Positions 1-13,000 of a stretch of 64,000 bases of DNA are shown here, piece after piece; positions within the stretch are counted from its first letter, which is position 1; every line of letters starts with the position of its first letter. Made by a program: the position numbers and the translations under genes. Source of the DNA: Mobula hypostoma (taxonomy: Eukaryota); contig NC_086098.1 in assembly GCF_963921235.1 (NCBI RefSeq), positions 7,316,001 to 7,380,000 of the forward strand. The letters run 5' to 3'. The notes below the pieces were generated by a model. It did no database searches and had not been told where the DNA came from. It saw only the letters and a program-made list of their open reading frames with translations.

Positions 1-99
1 TCTCCCCAGTATAGCCCATCTTCTAGGTGTATCCTTTCTCTCCCAGGGATGAGAACTCTGGAGCTTCTGTTGGTGTCTTTGTAGCTCTGCTATGATCTT

Positions 100-171
100 C
101 TTATGGGCAGCAGTGGGAATTGAACCCAGGTCACCTGTACTATAAATCGTCATGCTAACCACTACACTACC
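100..171 (-). mobile_element. tRNA-derived SINE head (HE1/V-SINE-like fragment)
   Basis: Minus strand GGTAGTGTAGTGGTTAGC...GGGTTCAATTCCC has Pol III A- and B-box-like motifs; the same head recurs at about 39980, 41185, 42880 and 52500. Confidence 0.6.
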
Positions 172-1285
172 AAAACAGAGCCTTCAGAAAGCAGCAACAA
201 AATTGATGACTTGTTCATTGCACATCCAATAACAAATATATCAACACACTGAAAGTGCTATGACCTTAAAAACACATCAATAATACGATATCATGCAAAA
301 TCAAGAGTGATTTTAAAGCATTATTCTCGGCAGTGAACCAGAAGAAAATGGGTTTAGGAATTGCACAATTTAGACTGCTATCACTTCTACTGATAGAATC
401 AAGTGCAGATAAAAATTTATTTAATATAAGGTTGTAAAAATGGGTTGAAGTATTCATTTTTCTGCTGATTGATTCAAACAGAGCAAGCGAAGTTGGAACA
501 ACATTTCAATTCTGTTCAGTGGTGAAATGATTTATTTATGTGCATCTCCAGGGGGAGAGAGAAAAACCTCATGGGTGAAGAGCACAGAATAAAAAGATAC
601 CGACATTTATTTAACAATGGTCATCGGAGACTGATTGAGAAAAGAACGGAATAAATCTCCCGCTGAAATTGTGTTGTAGATCTTTTACATCCACCCGGAA
701 GGCCGGACAGGACCTTGGTGTAACGCCTTAACTGAACGCTTAGATACTCCGTCAGTAGGTAGCGCAGTAGTGTTTGGTGTCAGGAGCAGGGCTTCAAAGT
801 TCTAGGCATATTCATTATCAAAGTACGTGTACTATATGCAACCTTGAGATTTGTCTCCTTACAGACAGCCACAAAACAAAGAAACCCAGAGGAAACGGTT
901 AAAGTACAGAAGACAGTCAGAAACACAATGTGCAGAGAGAAGACAACCAAATCATGCAAACAATAAAAGTAAGCAAATAGAATTCAGAATGAGAGTGAGT
1001 CTAGTAGAGCAGCGAGCAGAACTGGCTGACCCTTGTCTCTTGTCCCGACACCCTGCCTGTTCAATGTATCAGACCCAGTATCTAAGTCATCCAAGCAGCA
1101 GGTCCTTCCTCACACTTGGAACCGAACACAGTCACATCGATATGTTCTGGGCCTTGACCTTGCCAAAAGGTTTCTCAACTGAGAGTTCACAATCAGGTTT
1201 ATTATCACTGATACCTGTCATGAAATTTGTTGTTTTGTAGCAGCAGTGCAGTTCAATGCCTAAAAAAATCACTATAAATTACAGC

Positions 1286-1897
1286 TGGGTGGTGGGGTGG
1301 AGATACGTTTCTACCAAAGGAGGTGCAAGGCGTTCCTTCCCTCTGCCTGCAGGTCACCCTTGGGTAAGGTGTAGACCACCCAGTAAAGGCATCCGTTAGT
1401 CTTGCGAGACCATGGATCTGTGCCTGGAAAGTCTTCACTCTCCAGGGCGCAGGCCTGGGCAAGGTTGTATGGAAGACCAGCAGTTGCCCATGCTGCAAGT
1501 CTCCCCTCTCCATGACACCAATGTTGTCCAAGGGAAAGGCATTAGGACCCATATAGCTTGGCACCAGTGTCGTAGCAGAGCAATGTGTGGTTAAGTGCCT
1601 TGCTCAAGGACGTAAAATGTTGCCTCAGCTGGGGCTCGAACTAGCGACCTTCAGGTTGTTAGTCCAATGCCTTAACCACTTGGCCACGTCCACCACCCAA
1701 TCAGAGTCATATGAAACCATGGGAGTAGATGGTGCATGGTCATTTGAGCAGCTGGTGAATATCACAAGTCCTGGTTTTACAACCACTGACGCCAGGCAGA
1801 CAATCTCTGAAAGGTATTGATAATGGCTGAGGTCATCCGTCTTGTAAAGGCACTGCCCAGAAGAAGGCAGTGACAAACCACTTCTGTAGAAAAAGTC
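1286..1897 (+). mobile_element. RTE-related non-autonomous element (family R1), split by a SINE insertion at 1382-1691
   Basis: Starts GGTGGAGATACGTTTCTACCAAAGG and ends with GAAGAAGGCAGTGACAAACCACTTCTG, a BovB/RTE-type 3' motif; other copies at about 3575-3680(-), 11580-11960(-), 29635-29955(-), 41488-41855(+) and 54030-54385(-). Confidence 0.6.
1382..1691 (-). mobile_element. Full-length tRNA-derived SINE with RTE-like 3' half
   Basis: Minus strand begins GGACGTGGCCAAGTGGTTAAGGC (A box) ... GTTCGAGCCCC (B box); flanked by direct repeat ACCACCC (1375-1381 / 1692-1698); second copy at 9414-10395. Confidence 0.8.
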
Positions 1898-2904
1898 TGA
1901 TGGTAAAACGGAAGAAGGTCCTAAAACATTGAGTGTGGGGCTTTGTCCTCCTGTACCTCCTCCCTGATGGGAGTAATGAGAAGAGTGGTAGGGGTCCTTA
2001 ATGACGGGTGCTACCTTTTGAAGATGTCCTTGGTGGGGAGGGTTCAAAGTTCAAACTAAATTTATTATCCAAGTACATACAGAATATGTCACTATATACA
2101 ACCCTGAGATTCATTTTCTTGTAGGCATACTCAGTAAATCCAAGAACCAATCAATGAAAGACTGGACCCACAGGACGGACAATAATCAATGTGAAAAAGA
2201 CAACATACAAAAGAGAAAAACTACGATAATAAATAAATAAGCAATAAATAAAGAGAGCATGAAATGAGGAGTCCTTGAAGGTGAATCCATAGGCTGTGGG
2301 ACAGGTGTCGTGCCCGTGAAGAAGCTAGATGTGTCTACAACCATGTGTAGCCTCTTGTCATCCTGTGCACATTGGAGCCTCCATTCGAGGCTGTGATGTG
2401 GACAATCAGAATGCTCTCCACTGCAGCCCTGTAGAAATGTGTTCAAGTCTTCGGTGACACAGCAAAACTCCTCAAACTCCTCATGTGAGAATACTACAAA
2501 ATGAGCCACAACTGGGCAGTTGTACAGATGTCGTCAGTAAGTTCCATTTTTCTCATCACAGATGCCACCTCGTTTACTGAGGGTTGACAGCAGTTTCTGT
2601 TTCTATTTTGGATTAGCAGGATCTTGGCAATGTATGTCGATTCATACACAATATTGGCAAAGGTATGAACACACAGATGGAAACAATAGAGCCATACCAC
2701 ATACTGTTCTCAGTCATACTTCCTTCTGCATGACAAACCTAATTTTGGCTTTTGAAAATGCAATTTAGACAGAAGGAAAATAGAAGCAATAGAAATGATA
2801 ATCAAAATGAAAATCAGGTTGCTGATTCAGTATTCCTTCATCATCTACATTTTCACCTTTAACAGAAAAACACGCTGCATATAAATTGAAAACATTCAGG
2901 GTCC

Positions 2905-3575
2905 AGAACGGCTTCGTGAGAATGATCCAGGGAATGAAAGGGTTAACATACAAGGAGCATTTGATGGCTCTGAGCCTGTCTTCACTGGAGTTTAGAAAAA
3001 TTGGGGTGTGGGGGGGAATCTAATTGAAACCTACCAAATATTCACCGAGACTCATTCTCGGTGAACTCTTTCCACCGAGATGCAGCTCTGAGCACGTAGG
3101 AAGTCATTCCTGCCTGTGGCCATCAAACTTGACAACTTCTCCCTTGGACGGTCAGACAACCTGAGCCAATAGGCTGGTCCTGGACTTATTTCGTAATTTA
3201 CTGGCATAATTTACATATTACTATTTAATTATTTATGGTTTTAAATTGGTATATTTATACTCCATTCTTGGTTGGTGCAACTGTAACAAAAACCAATTTC
3301 CCTCTGGATCGATGCAGTATGACTATGACTATGACTATGGAAAGGTCTAGATAAGGTAAACGTAGAGAAGGTGTTTCCAATAGTGGTAGAGTCTCGGGTC
3401 AGAGGTCACAGACTCAGAACGTACCTTTAGAACAGAGGTGAGGAGGAATTTATTTAGCCAGAGGGTAGTGAATCTATGACATTCATTGCCACAAATGGTT
3501 GTGGATACCAAGTTCAGCATATTTAAAGCACAGGTTGATATGTTCTTGATTAGACAGGGTGGCAAAGGTTATGGG
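2905..3575 (+). mobile_element. Decayed CR1 LINE 3' region interrupted by a Rex1/Babar-type 3' fragment (about 3045-3337, (CTATGA)n tail)
   Basis: CR1 ORF2 C-terminal sequence (..YSLEFR.., ..FFSQRVVNLW..) on both sides of an insert that matches 33246-33506 and 58561-58710. Confidence 0.7.
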
Positions 3576-3954
3576 GTGCTACACCTAAGCGGGTGCTACA
3601 CCTTGCCCAAGGGTGACCTGCAGGCCAGTGGAGAGATGGAGTGCCTTACACCTCCTTTGGTAGAGACGTATCTCCACCCTGTCACTCAGAAATTAACAGT
3701 AGAGTGTTTCTAATTTTTTTAGATGTGTTTAGCCAATGAAAGTGATTGGAGAAATGGATATTAAGGTTTCAATATGGCTGCATAGATAATATGCAGTTCC
3801 ACCAATTATGGTGTTGCTCAGTTATGGTTAATTCACAAAATTTTACAACAACAGCAAACTGTTGCACTGGTTGCCCTTACAAATGCACAAGAAGGAAACT
3901 AAGTACAGTGAGTTCTGGTTAATCCGGGCAGCCATTTATTTGGGACGTTCACAA

Positions 3955-5252
3955 GAGTTCCCATTCAGGGCAGCTTGGTTCTCCTACGGTCAGGGTTTGA
4001 TAAGGGTACCACTGACCTTTTTGAACATACCCTTACATTAACGTACTTTCTCTATAAGGGGCCCTACTGTGAACACACGGATGGAGTGGCCCTGGGATTG
4101 CCTTTGTTGCCAGCTATGGCTAATTTCTACGTAGGGGACTTTGAGGAGAGGACTCTGAGTTCATCACCTTTATGCCCCAGATGCTTCTTCAGATATGTAG
4201 ATGGCACCTTCGTAGTGTGGCCTGATGGATTCCAGGAACTCCAACAGTTCCACGGCCACCTGAACACTAAACATCCAAACATTCAATTTAAGTGGAGATG
4301 GAGGAGAATGGTTGCCTCCCATTCCTGGACATTCTAATATAACAGAAACCAGACGGTAGCCTCGGACATGGCGTCTATTGGAAATCCACTCACACAGACT
4401 GATATACCAACAGTAACAGCCACCAATACACCTCCCAACGTACAGCGGTTCTTTGTACTTCGATTAACCGTGTGGAAGTTATTTTGAACTCAGAGAGTCT
4501 CCCTGAGGAACTAAGACGATTACGCATGACGTTCCTACAGAATGGCTACAAGGTGAAGGAAATCAATCGGGGCCTTTAAAAAGGCCGACGGAAAAACCAG
4601 GAAACCTAACAACTTGAAGGAACCCGTCGCTACTGCCTGTCTTCCCTATATTTCCACTGTTCTGGAAGGATCGCCAGCATCCTGAAGAAATACTGGATTA
4701 ATAGCATCCACAAACCCGTAAGAAAGCTCAAATCAAAGATGGCCTGGGACTTAGGTTGACTGGCATTTGCAGGATTCCCTGTGAATGCAGAGGAGAGCAA
4801 AGTATATTGGCCAGATGGGTGCATGGTGGAAACCCGCAACAAGGAGCACAGGAGGAGCATCGGTCTGGGTCACCCAGAGAGATTGGCGGTAGCAGAACCT
4901 TGCATTCACAATGGCCATGGGATTGATTTTAATGGCACAAAACTACTGCGCTGTGCCAATGGCTTTTGAGACCGGCTGGTGAAAGAAGCCCTTGAAATGA
5001 AACTAGAGGAAAAGAATTTTAACAAAGGTGAAGGTCTCACTCTAATTAAGAACTGGAATTTGTTTGTCAACAAGGTAGGAGAGCGGAACCTGATTTGATG
5101 AGGTCTAACCAATCCAGATTATGGGGGTACAAAATACCACTGGACTAGACTTGCCCCGTCATCATCCCTGAAGAAGATGGCAGAGTTTGTCATTGAAATG
5201 CCGGTTATATTTGATACCTTCACCTGGCTGGAAACACAAGAGGAGTTTATTT
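3955..5252 (+). mobile_element. Penelope-like element, 5'-truncated and decayed (RT, GIY-YIG endonuclease, terminal repeat)
   Basis: ORF 3975-4337 has DGVALGLPLLPAMANFYV..FFRYVDGTFVVW..HLNTKHPNIQF (Penelope RT); ORF 4781-4969 has ETRNKEH..AVAEPCIHNGHGIDF (GIY-YIG remnant); frameshifts and stops present. Confidence 0.9.
5168..5205 (+). ncRNA. Degenerate hammerhead ribozyme core in the Penelope 3' terminal repeat
   Basis: CTGAAGA-A-GATGGCA-gagtt-TGTCATT-GAAA directly after the endonuclease-coding region. Confidence 0.5.
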
Positions 5253-5299
5253 GTATTGCTGAACAGTGTCTAACTAGCGTCAGTCACATGCACATAACA

Positions 5300-5500
5300 C
5301 CATAAAACCGTAAGATGTAGGAGCAAAATTAGGCCTTTAGGACCTTCGAGTCTGCTCCACTATTTCATGATGGCGGATCCATTTCCCTCTCAGCCCCAAT
5401 CTCCTGCCTTCTCCTTTATCCCCCATGCCCTGACTAATCAAGAATCTATCAACTTTTGCCTTAAATATACCCAATGACTTGGCCTCCACAGCCACCTGAG
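5300..5500 (-). mobile_element. CR1 3' end fragment
   Basis: ORF 5337-5519 VAVEAKSLGIFKAKVDRFLISQG plus CR1 3' UTR hairpin and (CCATAAGA)-type tail. Confidence 0.75.
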
Positions 5501-6224
5501 AGGCCATTAGACACAACACTGTGCTTAGAGCAATCAGTTCTGACCATGTTTAGCAGAAAACAATTGAAGAGATTTGGTACACCTCCAAAGTCTACAGGAA
5601 ATTTCAGCAGAGAGCATTCTGACTGCAGGTCTTTTTCCACTGAAGATGGGTGGGACTACAAGTAGGGGGCATGGGTTAAGGGTGAAAGGTGAAAAGTTTA
5701 AAGGGAACATGAGTGGAAACTTCTTCAGTCAGTGGGTGGTGAGAGTGTGGACCGAGCTGCCAGTGGATGTGGGTTTAATTTAAACATGTAAGAGGAGCTT
5801 AGATAGGTACATGGGTGGTAGGGGTATGGAGGAGTATGGAGGGCTATGGTCCAGGTGCAGGTCAATGGGAGTAGGCAGTTTAAGTTATTTGGCACAGACT
5901 AGATGGGCCAAAGGGCCAGTTTTGTGCTGTATTTTTCTATCACTGGTTGCATTACTGCCTGGTAAGGATACTCTAATGCACTGCTTCATCAAAGGCTGCA
6001 GACTTAGCCAGTTCTACTACAGAGACCAAAATGTGTTCTTTGCCGAACACATTTACAACTGAAAACAGAAAATGTTTTAAGGGAGTATCTGTGGAAGAAG
6101 ATATAGTGTTGCTTTTTTTTAAAAGTCACAGATCCTTTATCAGAGCCTTTGACCTGAAACATTCAATTTCTTCATCCATAGATGCTCCCTGAGCCATTAA
6201 GTCTTTTGAGCATGTTCTGCTTTT

Positions 6225-6850
6225 AGACCATAAGACCACAAGATACTGGAGCAGAATTTGGCCATTTCACCCATCATGCCTGTTCTGCCATTACATCATG
6301 GCTGATCCATTTTCCTCTCATCTCCAATCTCCTTCCTTCTCCAAATATGCCACTGTGCCCTGACCAATCAAGAATCTATCAACCTCTGCCTTAAATATAC
6401 ATAGATACTTGGCCTCCACGACCGACTGTGGCAAAGAATTCCACAGATTCAGCACTCTCTGGCTAAAGATATTCTTCCTCATCTCCATTCTAAAAGGACA
6501 CCTTCTATTCTGAGGCTGTGTCCTCTGGACTTCGACGCTTTCATCATTAGGAACATCCTCTCCACATCCACTCTATCAAGGTTTTTAACTGTTCGATGAG
6601 CTTCAATGAGGTCACCCCTCATTTTTCTGAGTTCTAGTGAGTACAGGCCCTGAGCCATCAAACGCTCTTCATATGACAAGCCATTCAACCCTGGAATCAT
6701 TTTTATGAACCTCCTTTTCCCGTTTCTCCAGTGTCCCAGTGCTCTCCAGCGTCAGCACATCCTTTCTCAGATAAGGAACCCAAACTTACTCACAATTCCT
6801 CAAATGAGGCCTCACCAGTGCTGTATAAAGTCTCAACATTACATCTCTGG
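6225..6850 (-). mobile_element. CR1 3' fragment
   Basis: ORF 6479-6700 MIPGLNGLSYEERL..GLYSLELRKMRGDLIE; AGACCATA tail. Confidence 0.85.
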
Positions 6851-6947
6851 TTTTATTCCAGATGTGCAGTATTTGCCACTCTTTGAAATGCAGGATTTAC
6901 CATTAATTCCAGAATAGGTGACCTTGCTTCATATTTTTTGTTTAATA

Positions 6948-8010
6948 AGACCATAAGACCATAAGACATAGGAGCAGAATTAGTCCATTTGGCCCAACAA
7001 GTCTACTCCACCATTCAATCATGGCTCATCCTTTTTTCCCTTCCTCAGCCTCACTCCCTGGCCTTCTCCCCGTAACCTTCGATGTCGTGTCCAAACAAGA
7101 GCCGATCAAGCTCTGCCTTAAGTACACCCAATGATCTGGCCTCCACAGCTGCTTGTAGTAATAAATTCTACAAATTCACCACCTTCTGGGATTTAGGTCT
7201 TTCAACATTTGAAAGGTTTCAATGAGATCTTCCCTCATCCTCCTAAGTTCCAGGGAGTACAGACCCAGAGCCATTAAAAGTTCCTCGTATGAAAACTCTT
7301 TCATACCCAGCATCATCCCTATGAACCTCCTCTGAACCAGTGCCAGTACATCTTTTCTTCGATGAGGAGCCCAAAACTGTTCACAATATTCAAGGTGAGG
7401 CCTCACCAGTGCCGTATAAAGCCTCAGCATCACATCCCTGCTCTTGTATTCAAGACCTCTTGAAATGAATGCTAACATAGCATTTGCCTTCCTCACCACC
7501 AACTCGACCTGCAAGTTAACCTGTAGCCACTATCTTGCTGATTCTTCTAATCTGTCTAAGTCCTTCTGCTGCCTGCCTGTTTCCTCAACAGTACCTGCCC
7601 CTCCAGCAATCTTCGTAATATCTGCAAACTTGGCAACAAAGCCATCTATTTCATCATCTAAATCATTGATATACAGTATAAAAAGAAACAGTCCCAACAC
7701 TGATCCCTGTGGAATATCACTAGGCACTAGCAGCCAAACATAAAAGGATCCTTTTACTCCCACTCCCAATCAGCGAATGCTCTAACCATGCCAGTAACTT
7801 CCCTGTAATTCCATGGGTTCTTAATTTCGTAAGCAGTCTCATGTGTGGCACCTTGTCAAAGGCCTTCTGAAAGTTCAAATATATAACATCTATTGCATCC
7901 CCTTTATTTCTCCTATGTGTAATCTCTTCAAAGAATTCCAACAGGTTTGGCAAGCAGGATTTCCCCTTAAGAAGACCATGCTAACTTTGTCCTATATTGT
8001 CCTGTGTCAC
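6948..8010 (-). mobile_element. CR1 RT/3' fragment with internal deletions
   Basis: ORFs 7720-7953 (IYLNFQKAFDKVPH), 7530-7769 (IPQGSVLG..KFADITK) and 7176-7514 (LVRPHLEYC). Confidence 0.9.
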
Positions 8011-9413
8011 CACCTGAAAATTTAAAAATGTTTTGCCTTTTGGATTATTTCTTCAGTACAATTTTTGTGAAAAGACAGGCGTGTTTCTGTGTCCATAGAA
8101 AAACAAGATTCAAGATTCAAATGCATTAATCATGTGAACCTGCTGCCACAGTATGGTATCTACTTGCGACAGTCTCGCTCACCCTCTCACTTTCTGCTCC
8201 CGGAGAATGCAGTCTGTGTTCAAATGGTCAGAGAGACAACTGATGCAGTCAGGGGATGGTGCAGGAGCCCTGGGTCCTGGACAAGGTTTATTCAGCATAC
8301 TCTGTGGATTAGATTCTGCACTTTTGGTCATGATGTGTTTCTGGTTTCTGGTTGCTATTTTGTGAGATATTGATTGGGATGATTTGGCTCCGCAACCTGA
8401 ATTTAATGAAAAAACACAGTGCTAGGTGGAACTGAACTGAATATTCCTGGATTATTTCAATGACTTTGTAGGTTGGTGTTCTATATTTTATGTTTTTTCC
8501 GCTTTTTTCCCATTTGCACATTTTTTGGTTTTGTGCACTGGGGGTTTCATGTTTTTCTTTGACAGCTTCCATAGTTTTCTTTGTTTTGTGGCTGTCTCTG
8601 GGAAGACAAATCTCAGGGTTGTATACTGCATACATACTTTGACAACAAATCTACTTTGAATTTGAATTTGACTTGAACATCAAAATATAGTTAAATGTGT
8701 CGTTTGCATTAACAACCAGCTCACCCTGGATGTGCTGGGGAGAGCGCACAAGTGTCAGCACACAGTCTTGCACCAACATAGCATGACAATCATGCACAGA
8801 AGACAACAAGCAACAAAACAAAAATAGCAACGCAAACCCCATGCATCACTCCCAACCAAGCCCATCACATTCATACACAATCCCCTCAACCCAAGAGAGG
8901 CCGTCTTCCTCAGCTTCTAGCCTCCAGTGAACTTGGAGTCCAACTCAGACATGCAAACGTTGGTCTTTGACATCCACAGCAGACTGGCAGAGATTTACAG
9001 ACATGGGACAATGGCCAACGGGCCTTGACTTCCAGATTTTCAATTTGACTTGTGGGCCTTTGGCCTCGGTCCTCAGCATCGACTCCAAGGACTTGCCAAT
9101 TGCTGAATACTAGCCCTCGAACTCCAGTATCATCAATTCATGAACCCAGTGGTCCTCGAACCTCAATCTTCATTAAACTAACCATAAATCATTTACTACA
9201 GGTACCTGTGATAAATAAAGTTAAGTTTTTGAATGGACCTCTCCTTCACTAACGTTAAACTCTTGATCTCCCAATGAGCCTTGTCACAGACTTTTAGACC
9301 TTGTACTTTGTTGGTTTACTTGCACTGCATTAATAATTAATTAATTCATTAACTTATTTATCTATCTACTCTTTCTGTCTGTCTGTCTATTTATTCATTT
9401 ATTATCATATTGT

Positions 9414-10395
9414 GGGCACGTGGCCAAGTGGAGATGACGACATGACGACAGCGTGCGCGGCCTCTCTGATAATGAATATCTGTTATCTGTCAAGCAGGGG
9501 ACCGTGCACAATCCTGATTTGATGGAGACAGACGTGAGTGCATAGCTGAACATCTGGAAAACTTCTGAAATGTCTGCTTTGCTACCACTGCTACTGTGTG
9601 GTAACCGGAATCTCTGGAGCTGAAGGCCTCGAAATCCTCGGCTTTGTGTGTTTCAACGGCCGGGGAGAGGTCGACGGCGCTCGGCAGAGGATGGCGCTCG
9701 GGAGGCTGCTCGGAAGCTCAGAGTTTTCAGACGGATGGACTCAGGGTCGGCTGTGGTCGGCTGCTTCCAAGGTATCGGCAAGTTGACGGTGCCTGGAGGT
9801 TTATGGCAGGGAGTTTCTCTCTTTTTGCCGCCGCTATCAAGGACTCAGGAGTCAATCGACTCCGGGACTTTGAGACTATTTTTTTTACCATGCCTATGGA
9901 TTGTTCTTCATCAAATTATGGTATTGCTTTACACTGCTGTAACTATATGTTATAATCATGTGGTTCTGTCAGTGTTAGTCTTTGGTCTGTCTTGTTTTCT
10001 GTCATATCACGCCAGAGAATCATTGTATCATTTCTTAATGCATGTATACATTTCTAAATGACAATAAAAGAGGACTGAGTGTTCTCATAATCTAAGAAAA
10101 AAGTGGTTAAGGCATTTGACTAACGATCTGAAGGTCGTGAGTTCGAGTCCCAGCCGAGACAGTGTGTTGTGTCGTTGAACAAGGCACTTAATCACACATT
10201 GCTCTGCGATGACACTGGTACCAAGCTGTATCGGCCCTTGCCCTTCCCTTGGACAACATTGGTGTCTTCGAGAGGGGAGACTTGCAGCATGGGCAACTGC
10301 CAGTCTTCCATACAACCTTTCCCAGGCCTGCGCCCTGGAGAGTGAAGACTTTCCAGGCGCAGATCCATGGTCTCGCAAGACCAACGGATGCCTTT
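9414..10395 (+). mobile_element. tRNA-derived SINE (same family as 1382-1691) split in its A box by a ~670-bp insertion
   Basis: GGGCACGTGGCCAAGTGG (to 9431) resumes as AAGTGGTTAAGGC at 10101. Confidence 0.8.
9432..10100 (+). mobile_element. Non-autonomous ~670-bp retroelement with (AATCT)n tail
   Basis: TSD AAGTGG (9426-9431 / 10101-10106); AATAAA plus CATAATCTAA tail; homologous copies at 42936-43592(-) and 43820-44470(-) begin GGAGAAGATGGC. Confidence 0.8.
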
Positions 10396-12670
10396 CTAAA
10401 AAATAATATTTGCACAGGTTGCCTTCTTTTGCTGATTGATTGTCAGTCTTTGTGTGTAATTGTTTATTGATTCTATTGTATTTCTCTGCTTTACCTTGAA
10501 TGCTGGCAAGAATGTATGGATTCTGTGTGTGTCCTCCCTGTGGGTTTTCTCTGGGTTCTCCAGTTTCCTCCAGCAGTCCAGAGCGGTACCAGGTACAGTA
10601 ATGGATCATTGTAAATTGTCTTGTGGATAGGTTAGGTTTAATTGGGGTTGTCGGGTTGCTGGGACGGCATGGCCCGTAGGACCAGAAGGGCCTACTCCAC
10701 ACTTCATCGTTAAATAAAAATGAAGCTCGGGGTTGCAAATGGTAACATATACATACTTTGATCATAAATTTACTTTGACCTTTGAACTCCCTGTATAGCT
10801 GCACTCCCCATTTTGTTTTCTATTTGTGACCAGAATGCAGTGACGTGTGACATCATCTGTAAACAAAGTTCTTCACTCTATCTCAGTGCACAGCACAATC
10901 AAGCCACATCAGATGCATACCAGTTGCATGAAAATATAGTTTTTTTCTTTCCATTTTCATGGCAGCACCTGCCATCTCTTTAGATGTCACGTACAGCCAT
11001 TCAAATATTATGCCAGGCAGTGGGAAATTCCCCTTTAATTACTGTCTTAAACATGATCAAAATCCAATTACATAATTAACCACATCATAGATGACTTCCA
11101 GTGACAACCACCACTCTGAATATTCACAACAAGTTAATTGAAAGTTAATTTTCCCTATAATTTAAGCAAGTTATCTTTTTGAGACTCCAATTACTGTATT
11201 TGGGATTTTCACAAAAATAACATTTTAAGTAGGCTTTGTCCAATAATTAGAAATTTAAATAAAAACCGCTTCTTTGAAAAGGGCTAATTTACAAAATTGA
11301 TTCTAGGTTGGTGGTGATCTGATGAGAGCCTTTTTAGAATTTGCACATTTGGATAGATTAGCTACTGACTATTGGACATAAAGCTGTCATTACATTGGTA
11401 GGTGTCCAGGGAATCAGCTACTCATTATACATTCTGTATATTCTTCTCTCATTGAAACTAATTTTGCATCTTCTAATCAACATGAGAATGGCTCCGGTTT
11501 AAACCTCAGTTTGCTATAGCTTGTTTGTTCTAGTCCAGAAGTGTTTCATCTCAAATTCATAGAAAATACTAGATTAGATTCACCATCATCATCATCATTA
11601 TACATCATGTCATAAGGTGTGGGCAATCATGGTGACCACGGTTGTTCTTGGCAATTTTTCTACACAAGTGGTTTGCCATTGTCTTCTTCTGGGCAGTGTC
11701 TTTACAAGACGGGTCACCCCAGCTATTATCAATACTCTTCAGAGATTGTCTGCCTGGTATCAGTGGTCATATAACCAGGATTTGTGATTTGCACCAGGTG
11801 CTCATATGACCATCCACCACCTGCTCCCATGGCTTCATGAGACCCTGATCGGAGAGAGAGGGGGCTACGCGGGTGCTACACCTTGCACTTGATCTGCAAG
11901 CTAGCGGAGGGAAGGAGCATCTTATACCTCGTTTGGTAGAGATATATCTCTACCCCACTGCCCATAGATTAGATTAGTTTGGTTTTATTTGTCACATGTA
12001 CATGGACACATTGAAACATACAGTTGTTCGATTGGGGTGTGGAATTGTTGTTGCCTTTGTATTTTTTCTTGTAGATTAACTTTCCCAAGCTTGCTTGTAC
12101 TTTTGTATAATTACCTACGTTTTGTATCTGTAACTGCTCATTGGATTTTCCAGTACTATAATTTTTTCTAGAAGCTTCTTAGTTTTCTGTATCAAGTGTC
12201 ACGCCTCTTGAATCTGGCTATTTTATAGGTTAATTGCTATCAGTGGAATGCTGTCCATTGCTAGTCTGAGTCTGACAGAACCACGGCTTCTTTTCTTTTG
12301 TTTATTTTCTTTGTTCACTTTTTTTATTCTACTTTCTTGAAATACCTAATAAAATGATTGTAAGCAACAAGTTTTGTGCTTCATTCTTGATTTCCAGAGA
12401 TCTGGATCTGGATCACAAAAACACTAGGATTCAACACAGTGAATGGCGCCAATGACTAAAAGAATCAGAATCAGATTTAATGTCACCAGCATATGCCATA
12501 AGATTAGTTGTTCTTGTGGCAGCAGTACAATGCAATACATAATAATGGGAAAAAAAACTATGAATTACAGTAAACACAAAATAATCTGCAGATGCTGTAA
12601 AAGATCAAAGCAACACTTTCAGTACGCTGGATGAACTCAGCAGGTCGGGCAGCATCAGTCTGAAATGATG

Positions 12671-12707
12671 AGTCGACGTTTCGGGCCAGAACCCTTCGTC
12701 AGGACTG
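12671..12707 (-). ncRNA. Minimal type-I hammerhead ribozyme (left arm)
   Basis: Minus strand cAGTC-CTGACGA-A-GGGT-tctg-GCCC-GAAA-CGTC-GACT. Confidence 0.7.
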
Positions 12708-13000
12708 AAGAATGAAAGATGGGGAAGGATTTGAAGAATGCTTCTAGCCTCAGTTGATAGTTGGTGTGAACATAGAACTCTCCAACTTCTAGTAATTCCC
12801 TCCCCCTCCCTTCCTCTATCCCTATTTCACTCTACCCCCTCCCTCAGATCCCTCATGGTTCCGCCTCCTTCTTCTACTACCCACAGTTTTCAGGGCTATG
12901 ACGTCAATGCTTCCCCTCCCCACCCCTTTGTCTTTCAAATTACTGGTCTTTCAACTGAAGCTACAAGCATTCTTCAAATCCTTCCCCATCTTTCATTCTT

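Noticed and set aside
1620..1691. tRNA gene (and other A/B-box hits)
   Set aside because: No full cloverleaf or acceptor stem; the sequence continues into a SINE body with a TSD.
2562..2662. Apparent exon CAG|ATGCCACCT...AAG|GTATGA encoding MPPRLLRVDSSFCFYFGLAGSWQC
   Set aside because: It matches a decayed copy of the abundant pLTR tail (CACAGATGCTGCCTGACCTGCTGAG..CAGCATTTTCTGTTTTTATT) seen elsewhere in the window, so the acceptor is repeat-derived. The same applies at about 61160.
10085..10804. 239-aa ORF
   Set aside because: Chance read-through across three adjacent repeats (SINE, V-SINE and Rex tail).
11307..11397. Exon-like TAG|GTTGGTGG...TTG|GTAGGT
   Set aside because: Stop codons in all three frames and a weak pyrimidine tract; no support as a coding exon.
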